Assembly: GCF_001194135.2 (NCBI RefSeq)
Contig: NC_068983.1
Span: forward strand, 109,566,032 to 109,630,031
Direction of reading: 5' to 3'
Length of the DNA stretch: 64,000 nucleotides
Origin: Octopus bimaculoides
Lineage: Eukaryota
Shown piece after piece: positions 1-11,276 of this stretch. The stretch's first letter is position 1, and the number at the start of each line of letters is the position of its first letter. Both the position numbers and the translations under genes were made by a program. A model generated the notes under the pieces. That model saw only the letters and a program-made list of their open reading frames with translations, had not been told where the DNA came from and ran no database searches.

Positions 1-84
1 CTGTGCGCGAGAAGACCCGGCAAGCCAAGTGAGACTTAAATCTAAGGTCCAGCCAGTCCACTTATGCGTACCTTGTTTCCTTCA

Positions 85-267
85 TTGGACACTAAATTCC
101 ACTTGTGAAGACCTGTTGAGGCAAGTGAAATCGAAATCAAGTTAAGTTGGACACTAAACTCCACTGCGTAGGCCTGTTGAGGCAAGTGAAATTGAAATCG
201 AGTTAAATTAAAATTGGACACTAAACCCCACTTGCGAAGACCTGTTGAGGCAAGTGAAATAGAAATA
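85..267 (+). repeat. Three tandem copies of a 62-67 bp unit (TTGGACACTAAA...GACCTGTTGAGGCAAGTGAAATCGAAATC)
   Basis: Copies start at 85, 147 and 214. Confidence 0.9.
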
Positions 268-1665
268 GATCGTTGCCGTGCCCCTGAACTGGCTATTGTG
301 CGGGACCGTCGTAGGATTTTCGAGCGAGATCGTTGCCAGTGTTCCTGGACTGGCCCATGTGCAGGCAACACATGAAATCTTTCGAACGGGATCGTTGCCA
401 GTGCCCCTGGAATGGCTCATGTGCGGGTGACACATGAGGTTTTTCGAGCGAGATCGTTGCCGGTGCCCCTGGACTGGCTCATGTGCGGGCGACACATGAA
501 ATCCTTCGAGCGAGATCGTTGCCAGTGCCCCTGGACTGGCTCATGTGCGGGCGACACATGAAATCTTTCGAGCGGGATCGTTGCCAGTGCCCCTGGGCTG
601 GCTCATATGCGGACGACACATGAATTCTTTCGAGTGAGATCGTTGCNNNNNNNNNNNNNNNNNNNNNNNNNNNNNNNNNNNNNNNNNNNNNNNNNNNNNN
701 NNNNNNNNNNNNNNNNNNNNNNNNNNNNNNNNNNNNNNNNNNNNNNNNNNNNNNNNNNNNNNNNNNNNNNNNNNNNNNNNNNNNNNNNNNNNNNNNNNNN
801 NNNNNNNNNNNNNNNNNNNNNNNNNNNNNNNNNNNNNNNNNNNNNNNNNNNNNNNNNNNNNNNNNNNNNNNNNNNNNNNNNNNNNNNNNNNNNNNNNNNN
901 NNNNNNNNNNNNNNNNNNNNNNNNNNNNNNNNNNNNNNNNNNNNNNNNNNNNNNNNNNNNNNNNNNNNNNNNNNNNNNNNNNNNNNNNNNNNNNNNNNNN
1001 NNNNNNNNNNNNNNNNNNNNNNNNNNNNNNNNNNNNNNNNNNNNNNNNNNNNNNNNNNNNNNNNNNNNNNNNNNNNNNNNNNNNNNNNNNNNNNNNNNNN
1101 NNNNNNNNNNNNNNNNNNNNNNNNNNNNNNNNNNNNNNNNNNNNNNNNNNNNNNNNNNNNNNNNNNNNNNNNNNNNNNNNNNNNNNNNNNNNNNNNNNNN
1201 NNNNNNNNNNNNNNNNNNNNNNNNNNNNNNNNNNNNNNNNNNNNNNNNNNNNNNNNNNNNNNNNNNNNNNNNNNNNNNNNNNNNNNNNNNNNNNNNNNNN
1301 NNNNNNNNNNNNNNNNNNNNNNNNNNNNNNNNNNNNNNNNNNNNNNNNNNNNNNNNNNNNNNNNNNNNNNNNNNNNNNNNNNNNNNNNNNNNNNNNNNNN
1401 NNNNNNNNNNNNNNNNNNNNNNNNNNNNNNNNNNNNNNNNNNNNNNNNNNNNNNNNNNNNNNNNNNNNNNNNNNNNNNNNNNNNNNNNNNNNNNNNNNNN
1501 NNNNNNNNNNNNNNNNNNNNNNNNNNNNNNNTTCGAGCGAGATCGTTGCCAGTGTTCCTGGACTGGCCCATGTGCAGGCAACACATGAAATCTTTCGAAC
1601 GGGATCGTTGCCAGTGCCCCTGGAATGGCTCATGTGCGGGTGACACATGAGGTTTCTCGAGTGAG
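268..1665 (+). repeat. 62-bp minisatellite (GATCGTTGCCAGTGCCCCTGGACTGGCTCATGTGCGGGCGACACATGAAATCTTTCGAGCGA), interrupted by an assembly gap
   Basis: Unit starts at 268, 328, 390, 452, 514, 576, 638 and, after the gap, 1541 and 1603. Confidence 0.95.
647..1531. other. Assembly gap (885 N). Other gaps: 17815-17914, 31077-31147, 33817-33933
   Basis: N runs. The three smaller gaps sit in or beside TA-rich simple repeats. Confidence 1.
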
Positions 1666-1926
1666 ATGAGCGTGGCCGTTGCCAGTACCACCTGACTGGC
1701 CTTCGTGCGGGTGACATGTAAACGCACCCACTACACTCTCTGAATGGTTGGCGTTAGGAAGGGCATCCAGCTGTAGAAACTCTGCCAAATCAGATTGGAG
1801 CCTGGTGTAGCCATCTGGTTTCATCAGTCCTCAGTCAAATCGTCCAACCCATGCTAGCATGGAAAGCGGACGTTAAACGACGACGACGACGATGACAACG
1901 TATGTATGTATGAGATGACTCAATAT

Positions 1927-2020
1927 ATATGTGTGTGTGTGTGTGTGTATCTATGTATATATAGGTATGTATATTAATGTATGTATATATATGTGTGTGT
2001 ACGTATGTATATGTGTGTGT

Positions 2021-2101
<81 letters not shown>
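1927..2101 (+). repeat. Compound (TG)n/(TA)n microsatellite
   Basis: Directly visible; it explains the ORF-track CV/HT repeats. Confidence 0.98.
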
Positions 2102-2104
<3 letters not shown>

Positions 2105-4613
2105 ATGTATACATGTACTGTAAATTTTTTCTCCATCTTTAGAAACAAATCCTGTAACATAATTACTGACCTCTACTGCAATAGCTTTGCATATTTCACC
2201 AATATGTGTACAAAATATACAAATACCTAAACTCCTTATTTTACTCAAAACATTAAGCTTGCATGTATCATTAACAAACATGTTTGTGGCACTTTTATCA
2301 GTATAGATCAATGATATATAAGTACTATGGGAACAAGCAACAAGTCGTAAAGCTAATTATATTTATCATGTATTAACATTTGTAATTGAATTTTAAACGA
2401 AAGTATCACAACATTTAGTCTAAATACAATGAAATTAATGGTAAATGTATGCAACACACTATTGAAGTTAATTGTTGGATATTTTGAACCAAATAGGAAA
2501 GCTAGGTGGAATAGAATCACTGCATTGCCAAATCAGTGGTGCGTATTGTTTTATACAATGCCTTGTGAAATTATGAAAAAAAAAAAAAACTTTTTTCACT
2601 CAACAAAGAGCTTGCAAAATGTATTCAAATATCTTGTCAACAATTTAATCAGCAACACCCTTGCCTAAGAAATAATTAGCTCTTGCTTGAAAAACAGAAA
2701 CCAGTAATATTTACATACACTAATTTTTGCATATTTTGGAATACTAAGAATATCTGATTAAAATTTTGTATTCCTTCAGACAATACACTGCAAATCAAGC
2801 TTTGAGATTACCTAAAAGCCAAATTTTTTTGTTTTCTTCAAATCCACTTTTACATTTTAGATTTCTATGATTGGCCTTTTACGGTACCATGTTTCATTTA
2901 CCATTTATAACTTTATTCATTGCTTCTGAATTTGTTTGTTTTTTTCTTTGAGATCATCTTATTAGCATATTTTCTTTCAAAGAGTATAATTGAAAAATAC
3001 TATATGTGCCATCTATAATATTTTTTAACAAAATCAATTTACATTTGTTGTATTGTAAACATATGAATGATGATAAACAAAATAAAATCTGGTGTAGACA
3101 CATAAACTATTGATTTTTCAAGCAATTCAGAATTGCAAATTTATAGGAGACATTCACAAATATTCATTTATTTATTGTTGTTGTTTTTTTAAGTATAAAA
3201 ACTCTGCTATATAACTTCAAAAAAATCAATGTATCCTCCTTATAAATGATTTTCATTTACTATGCTACTGTCAAACTAGATATTCTCTTATATACATCAT
3301 ACGGTCTTCTTATCATTACCTAGTTATTTATTTTCTTAAATAAGAGTCTCTTGTCACTTAGGAGTATTAAAACAGTTTAAAATGTGTTAAATTAAGATGC
3401 AAAACTGTTTTCTTATTTACAAAAAAAATCTGTGATCTGAAGTACATACAAAAGAATAAAAAAACTAATAAATATAATTATAAAAGGAAATAAACTAATT
3501 AGAGGAAATAAATAATTTCTAAGTTGAAAATTTTGCTTTATAATATAATATATAATCAGATGTGATATGAAACTCAATAGATTTAAGTATATTTTATTTT
3601 CAAATGACAGTTGCTCTAATTTTTTTTGAGATTGTTTTACAGCCTTAAAGAAATGTGCATGATAAATTTCATGTATTTCTAAAAGAATACAATTGCTGTG
3701 AGTACTTTTCTATGAATATGTGCATCCTAATCTCTTTGTAAATTATCAAATCTTTTCATCATATTGTTGAAGGTGTGTCATTTCTATACTTTGCCCTTCC
3801 TTTAGAATTTCATATCCTTTTTCTATTATTCTTTAAATTCTTTAGATTTCAACATTCATTATTGCTAAAATCTTCAACAATATCATTCTTAAAAAAAGAG
3901 ATGACCACAATACTTTCAGGAAAGTAAATATCAAAACACACTTCTTCAAAAGACTGGCTTTTATCGAATAATCACAATTTGAAATGGATAAAAGAAATAT
4001 AGAAATAATAAAAGAACCATTTGGGAAAGATGAAACATGCATGTATAAATGCACACACATAAATACACACACAAAAATATAGACACATAGGTGATTATTT
4101 TAGCATAGGGTATGAAGATTTACAGAGATTTAATGAGTGTTTAAGAGATCCAAAAGCATAGAAAGATAACTATTGTAGCACAAAATATAGCAAATTAAAT
4201 GTTTGGTTTGAACAGCTTAATTTGTAATACCTTTAAAGTATTCATAAATTTCATTCTCTTAGATTCTGGCATCAATGAGTTAATTTATAAAACTTTTTCA
4301 CTTTTCATTTTATGTAAAATGAGAAATATATGAGACTACTACAGCCACTGCACAAATTATGAATAGGAAATCAAAAGTTAAGCAACTATGGATACATTGA
4401 ACAGTGAAAACCTGGATATAAAAAACAAGACATGGTCAAGACTAGATTGCCTTTGTTTCTGCATACACTCAACAACTGAAGACTTATGCTTACACAACAT
4501 GCTGATACGTCCCTAAAAATACCATTTTTAAAATCAAAATTGAGCTCACAAACATGGGAAGTATCAAATAAATTATAAACACTGTCACTTCTTGATTAAA
4601 TATACAGACTTAC

Positions 4614-4789
4614 CTGGCAGCCAGAAATTGAAAGAAGCCTGCTATGTAAGCATGCATTGATTCACTAATTCTTGTCTTGACATTGCACACTAGTTGTAAA
4701 CAAGCATCAATGTCAAACAAAAGGTGTTGTTTATTGGCAATCTTCTGTGTAATTATGTCTAGCTTATTGTGCAGTTCATGTTTTAAGGA
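4614..4789 (-). CDS. Candidate coding exon, unknown protein (SLKHELHNKLDIITQKIANKQHLLFDIDACLQLVCNVKTRISESMHAYIAGFFQFLAA[R/S])
   Basis: Acceptor GTTTCTCCTAG and strong donor CAG|GTAAGT. The 176 nt are open end to end in one frame only (phase 0 to 2), with a helical, natural-looking composition. Confidence 0.55.
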
Positions 4790-4958
4790 CTAGGAGAAAC
4801 ATTGCATTACTTGGAAAGAATATGGGTTGATAATAGAAAGGGCATCTGTCTAAAATTTTGGTTGGCCCATGCAACTGTTACGTATAACTATAATATAATG
4901 AACCTATAATATAATATAATGAAGACAACTCCTGCTGTCTTCCCCACTCCCCTTTTTA

Positions 4959-5145
4959 ACAGGAAGTATGAGATTACCTGCCTTGCTTGTTAACAGAAAG
5001 TGAACGAGGTTACATGTCTCATACTATGCTAACTTCCTGTATATATATTTGGTTATCCATACCAACGTTATTTCATTTCTGCCAAACGGTCGTTGACAAA
5101 CGTTTATCTCGCCATCTTCAGAAAATATAGGGTAAGTTCTCACCC
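4959..5145. promoter_or_regulatory. Promoter-like patch (possibly bidirectional)
   Basis: Six CpGs within ~5005-5111 in otherwise CpG-poor unique DNA; two opposed ETS-type sites (ACAGGAAGT 4959-4967, ACTTCCTGT 5032-5040); a YY1-type CGCCATCTT at 5110-5118; splice donors on both strands at 5132 (+) and 5143 (-). Confidence 0.4.
5034..5060 (-). CDS. Candidate first coding exon (MDNQIYIQE), in phase with exon 4614-4789
   Basis: ATG at 5060-5058, 9 codons, donor GAA|GTTAGC. Phase 0 matches the downstream acceptor. It is short, so chance is possible. Confidence 0.3.
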
Positions 5146-5548
5146 TTCATTATCTTATAGGAATACATAACACAACCATAAAAAAACTGAATGTTAAAAT
5201 GAAGTAAACAAGCAAGCAAGCAGACAGACAGTTAGGCAGGCAGGTAGAGAGAGAGGGGGGAGAGGGAGATAGAGAGAGGGAGAGAGAGAGAGAAAGGAGC
5301 AATAATCTCACACCCACATAAAGATTATATTTCAAATACATATATTCAAAGGTTCTCTTTATTATGTTTTCAAGGTTTTGTTATATTTTCAAATTGATTG
5401 TGGAATTTAGTTAATTGAACCAAAAAAAAAAATATCTTGTTGATACAAAGATAAGTTAACACAGGCAGGATTTTCTACTGATGGTGTTATAGGTCAACTG
5501 AACACTACTAAGTATGTCATTTGTCAAAATATTGTACTTGTTATTGAC

Positions 5549-6553
5549 ATGGAAAATAAGAAAATGGCATCAACAAGCTATTATGAGGGACTGCTGAATG
5601 TGGAGAATGCATGGGATAAAGAGGAGGTACTTCATGCTAACCCTACAAAGAGACCAGTAATTCAAGTTGACAATGATGTAGTAGCTAAAGTAATTGAAGG
5701 CATGAAGAGAGCAAAATCTACAGGTCCATCAGTGATTGTTGCAGAGAAGCTTAATATCTGGTGTAGTGGGATACATGATCACCATTTGGATAGTGAATTA
5801 AGTTACACAAGAAGGTACCATACTCAATGACTGGCATAGCAGAATCATTGTAAACAAAGGCAAAGGAGATGTCTTAAAAAGAGGAAATTATAGACAAATG
5901 AAACTAATGGATAAGATTATGAAGGTCATGGAGAGACCTTCATAACACAATTGGTCCATTAGAAAGTAGACTTAAATGACATGCAGTTTGGCTTAGTAGC
6001 CATAAGAGGAATCATGGATGCAATCTTCCTATTGAGGCAACTGCAGGGAAAATATTTACCTAAGAGTAAACCACTACTTCTGACACTCATTGACTTAAAG
6101 AAGGTATTTGATAGAATACCCTGCTCAGTAACTTAGTGGTGAGTAAGGAAGATCAGAGTAGATGAATGGCATGTGATGGCAGTATAAGTCATGTACAAAG
6201 ATGAAGTGAGTAAAGTAAGAGTTAACGATTATTTCAGTGATGAATTTAATGTGAGGGTAGGAGTATGTCATAGAACAACTTTCACTTCTCTCCTATTCGT
6301 CATAGTCCAACAGGCCATTGCAGAATTTAAGACTTGTTGTCAGTGGGAACTCCAATATACTGATGATTTAGTTCTCATAACTCAATATACAGGCACTATC
6401 ATGGCTGTGTGGTAAGAAGCTTGCTTCCCAACCACATGGTTCTGGGTTCAGTCTTACTGCATGGCACCTTGGGCAAGTGACTTCTACTATAGCTTCAGGC
6501 CGACCAAAACCTTGTGAGTAGATTTGGTAGACAGGAACTCATAGAAGCCCGTC

Positions 6554-6618
<65 letters not shown>

Positions 6619-8440
6619 TATAAATTGAATAAATAGAGTCATATGACAACCGATGTTAGTGTGTTTACGTCCCCATAATTTAGCAGTTTGGCAAAAAAAT
6701 ATGTCCTGGGGTCGAATAGTTTGACTAAAAGGTGGTGCTCCAGCATGGCAATAGTCAAATGTCTGAAACAAGTAAAAGAATAAAAGAATAGAGGGAAATT
6801 AGAGAAATGATTCCAAGTATAGAAGCTAAAACAATAATTCAAAGACCACAAAATAAACTTAGCAAAGACAACGGTTTCTTTAAATAGGAAAGAATTCAGA
6901 AACCTGGTATTTTCAGAGAAATGACTTTATGCAATTTCCAGGAATGGAATCGGTATAAGCTACATACATTGTACTCAATGTAAGTTATGAGCACACAATA
7001 GGTGTAGTGAAACTACAAACAGACTAAAAGACAAAGCAAACTTCCTATGTGACAGATGCACTGGAGTAGCATGTACTATGAGCACATCAAAAATATATTC
7101 TCTTAAATGTTCAGATGGCTCACTAGAAATAATTGATAGCTTTTGTTATCTTAGAGATGAAATTTGGAGGGGAGTGGATGCTCTGAGAATATAGTAACTA
7201 AATATAGTAACAGGATGAAAAAATTCAGGAATCTACTCCTATAGCTGGAAACAAAGTTCCTTTCCCTCAAAGTGAAGGGCAGATTGTCTGGCACTTTCAT
7301 TAGCACTTCAACACTACATGATGGTGAAACATGGGCCTTGAATGCAGAGGGCTTCAAAAATCTAGAAAGAAATGAAGCAAGCATACTTTAAGACATCCCC
7401 TACTACTCATCATTTCCAAAATTGCAGTACTTTATCACTGTAATTAAATGTCAGAAGAACTGCATGTTTAACCAACTTTTCACAAGTATCACTTATCTTT
7501 CTCACTACACAAAACCATCTCACTAATTATCCATCTTTCATTCATAATACAGATCTCTCCAACCACATTTTACATTGCTCACTTTCCTAATTCATTACAA
7601 TGTCTCTCCTCCACCACTAAAGCATCTCTTACTCTCCTCATTTACTATGCCTGTCTCTCACACCATACTCTTGCAACTTACCCAACCACAAGTCATCTCT
7701 CTCATCTTCTTTCAACTTTTCTCTATCTACTGCATCACTGCTATGATTTTGCTGATCTACACTATCAATCATCATCTACACTGCTTTACATCCCTCCAAC
7801 TCATACATATCATTGTCATTTCACTATCCTCCATTTACTATACCTATCCCTTAACTCTACTCAGTTTTTACAGTAGTCACCTTCTCTTCCCTACATATCA
7901 TCTCTTAACATTTATACATCATTACATTAATCCACCATCTATTTCCCATCTAAGCTCTCTCTCTCCCGTATTCTTGCAACTTTTACCTACCCAGACTCCC
8001 TCTTCTCTTCTCCCCTCTCATTTCTGTTCATCTCATACCACCCAGACACCTCATTCTCACTACTCTTATATCTTTCAAGCTCCAACTCAGCCACTCCCAC
8101 CCTCCATTCTATAACATGTGTAGCCACATAACTCCTGTATGTAAGAAACCTGTTCCTGCCTATTTTCTCAGATCTTTACTACTGATCTCCTAGCATAAAG
8201 CTGCCTCTCTCACTGCTGTAGTCACTTTCAGTCCAATGGGATCTTAATCTTGCAAGCTATATGGCAACTTCACTAGTGATAGTGTTATAAAAATAAAAAT
8301 AAAAACCTAGAGAATGCAGTTAGGTGAGTGGGATTAAAAAGGGTATCCAGTCATAGAAATCATGCCAAAGCAGAGATGATGCAAGTCATAATTTGATGAG
8401 TCGTGTCAAACCATCCGACCCATGCCAGTATGGAACATGG
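5549..8440 (+). mobile_element. Decayed RTE-clade LINE (RT domain, long G-poor 3' UTR, conserved tail), split by a SINE
   Basis: Translates with stops and frameshifts to KGKGDVLKRGNYR, MQFGL...DAIFLLRQLQ, IDLKKVFDRIP, ELQYTDDLVLI (YADD motif), INLAKT, FCYL and HDGETWAL. Tail at 8300-8440. Confidence 0.9.
6392..6790 (+). mobile_element. tRNA-headed SINE family A with an internal (TA)n tract, nested in the RT
   Basis: Head GGCTGTGTGGTAAGAAGCTTGCTTCCCAACCACATGGTTCTGGGTTCAGTC, central (TA)n at 6555-6620, and tail ending (AAAAGAAT)2. Same family as 19896-20325 and 57836-57985. Confidence 0.9.
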
Positions 8441-8824
8441 TTGGTGAATTATCGTTTATTTATTTAAAATATCCTTCATTTCTTTAGAAACAGGGAGTAT
8501 TTACAAAATAAACAATGTAACAGCTTCAATAATACAAAACTCCTCCAAAATGCCATTCATACTGGTTCCTTCTGATTTGTAGCTATGAAGCTTGAAAGTC
8601 AAAGAAAAATAGTTCGCACTGAAAGAAAAAATACTTTACATCAACTGCAACACCACCACAGTCCTTTGTTTAACAGAACTTGCCCTTAACCTCAACTGTT
8701 CTGCTTTCCTGGAATGAGACAGCAAAACCCTGGCCTTTGCTCAGTTTTCTGGACATATCCCAGTATTCTATAATCATTAGAGTGGTAACTATATTTGTAC
8801 TCTCTAAAGACGAACCCACTGCTT

Positions 8825-9460
8825 TCATTTATCCAACCACCACCACTATCATCATCGTTTTAGCATCCACTTTTCCATGCTTACATGGGTCAGATGAGAA
8901 TATATTAGGACAAAGTTTTCTATGACCAGATACCCTTGCTATTGCCACACTTTCACTTTTCTCCAAATCAAGTAATAATCTCCCAGTCTATTAAGCAACA
9001 AATGTAGACATGTTGGAATTGAGAATTGGAAACAATGGATGCTATATGAATGAGTTTTTTGCTTACAATCAGAGAACAAACATATGTGTAGACAAAGGAA
9101 ATACCTTCTCATTTGCACAAGCACTCATACAGACACACACACAAACACACACATATATATATACTTTACTGCTACCATCTCTGATACTTCTTTCTTTGAA
9201 AGCTTTGCCACTGCTGATAGCTCTTACATTTTTTTCTCTTTTTATTATTAACTATCTTGACTTTTCTTTTTACCATCCTACACACAAGAACCATCATCTC
9301 ATTCTCACAATTTCTTTATTTCTAATGACTATATAGTAAAAACTCATCATTTTTTCCCAAGTTTGATGAAATGTGTTATTTCCTTTACACAATATCTATC
9401 CTCCACTTCCTTAATTTCTTCATTACCAACACTGAACACACCACAACCTTGTGATATATC
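8825..9460 (-). mobile_element. 5'-truncated RTE-type remnant (3' tail plus decayed ORF end)
   Basis: The reverse complement of 8825-8960 gives ...GACCCATGTAAGCATGGAAAAGTGGATGCTAAAACGATGATGAT, the shared tail. Confidence 0.65.
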
Positions 9461-10472
9461 TATTTCAGTTTTATTATTCATATTATAGTTTCTTGACACA
9501 GAATATATAAGTAATTTCCTCAGAAGCTACTGATTTTCTAAAAAAGTGTGTATCCTTGAGAAATATAAATGTCCTAAATTTTAAGGGCTCAAAATCAAAT
9601 TCCTTCAGAACAAATTTTAGAAATCTATATAAAGACAGTAACTGTAATTTAAAATGCAAAGAAACAGGTTAAAAAATTTAATTAAACTTTAATTACATTG
9701 TTTTAATGACTTCTGTTTATAGACAGTAGTCAGTGAACTTGTGAGGATCATGTGCCATTTGCATCCTTTATGTTTCATGAAAATGATTTTTATCAGTAGT
9801 CAATTTAGCAAAGTGACTATAAAATAATATAAAGGAAAACTCCATTGGTTAAATTTGAGAGAAAAATAACTGAAACATTAATGAGTAATTATTTAAATTT
9901 TCATTTTCATTTTTTGAGCAAAATTAATTTTCAAAAATGGATAATTTTATGAATCCAAAATATCTGCTCTTCTTTTTTTAAATACATTTTCTTCTCATGT
10001 AAAAGACTTATTAATGCTTCAATGAGTTAACCAATAAATCATCATCTTATATTTATAATACAGAACTTGTAAATCATTCTAGCAATCTACCTTAGAATTA
10101 GCAATATGTTTTCTTCCAGCTAATTTTGTTTCATCTTAGTTTTATCAATTTAAACACATGGAGTGTTTCAAAAATTTATGTTTGCTTTTAACATCAAGAT
10201 TAATTCCATAGAAAGAGCTCCTTATGTTTTTGTGAATGTCAATAAATAGAAAAACTATGAGATGGTTTTTAAACTTCAAGTACCATCAGAAAAGTTTTAC
10301 AGCATCTTGTTTTTACAATTGCCTTTCCTTAAAACAAACTGTTGGTCATTTAGGTTTTAGGGAAAGCAATTTTTAGGACAGGATGCAGTAAAACTTGTTG
10401 CTTCTAAAACAGAGAAGACAGGCCACTCATCTCTGAAATGTTGATGGACCAAATCTAAATTATAAGTTCCAG

Positions 10473-10523
<51 letters not shown>

Positions 10524-10839
10524 CACACACTCATATACAGAGAGAGAGAGAAAGAAAGAAGCAAAGAAGAGTGAGTTAAAGATAAAAACATGAAAATCAG
10601 AAGAACTCTTTATGTAAATGTATGTTTGGTTTTTGCAAATGGGCGGTATACAATTCAATACATGAAGAAGAGTATATATTTTTATTAGCTACAGCAGTAA
10701 TTCAAGTTTCTCTTGCTAAATTTTGCTAAGTTTTTGATATAAAAAATGACTGTGTGTGTACATATTTGCATATAAAACAGTTATGACTATATATTTATAT
10801 ATATAAACAGACATATGTGAATATATATACATGTATGTA

Positions 10840-10897
<58 letters not shown>

Positions 10898-10979
10898 ACA
10901 GAGAGAGAGAGAGAAAATAAAGAGATGGAGAAATAAATAAAGAGAGAGAGAGCAGGAGAACTATATATTTAATGAATGA

Positions 10980-11276
10980 ACATATACGTAAAATATAGGG
11001 TAGCGAGTTTTTTTAGAAATTTCACTACCAGTGGCCTAGTATGTATAAAAAGTCAATAGACAACATATTCTCAATATAAAATAGTGTACATTTAAGCACA
11101 AGAGAAACTGCCTTCAACAAACAGTTTTACACACTAGAAGAAGTAGTCAAAATGACTAACCCTAATCCTTGCTCTTAAATGTGGTTTTGGTCATTTTGAC
11201 TACTTCTTCTAGCGTGTAAAGCCTCTTGTTGAAGGCAGTTTCTCTTGTGTTTAAATGTACACTATTTTATATTGAG
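10980..11276. mobile_element. ~297-bp insertion with a 13-bp TSD, ending in an 88-bp-arm inverted repeat (Penelope-like inverted pLTR or foldback element)
   Basis: ATTTAATGAATGA at 10967-10979 and 11277-11289. Arms 11069-11156 and 11190-11277 have 6 mismatches and a 33-nt loop. Confidence 0.7.

Larger units (their letters stand above)
1..1896 (+). mobile_element. 3' end of an RTE-type non-LTR element (or RTE-tailed SINE) with internal tandem expansions
   Basis: 1676-1896 (GTTGCCAGT...GGTTGGCGTTAGGAAGGGCATCCAGCTGTAGAAAC...CCATGCTAGCATGGAAAGCGGACGTTAAA(CGA)n) matches the tail that follows RT remnants elsewhere in the window (8300-8440, 55960-56130, 61020-61188). Confidence 0.75.

Noticed and set aside
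514-590. Hammerhead ribozyme in the 62-bp unit (it has stem-GAAA-stem-ATC)
   Set aside because: The CTGANGA core is replaced by CTGGCTC in all clean copies, and no stem I can form next to the cleavage site.
268-1665. CRISPR array
   Set aside because: Units are contiguous with no unique spacers, there are no cas genes, and the context is eukaryotic.
1931-2230. ORF-track peptides rich in CV, HT, YI, RE or X (here and many other places)
   Set aside because: They are translations of microsatellites or N gaps.
4614-5060. Assigning the candidate protein to CIP2A or HEATR6
   Set aside because: Only short recalled matches (IS.S....I.G....LA; HLLFD, DVSA) with inconsistent spacing and intron position; not enough for a gene symbol.
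11157-11166. Interstitial telomeric repeat (TAACCCTAA)
   Set aside because: Only about 1.5 units; treated as part of the foldback loop.
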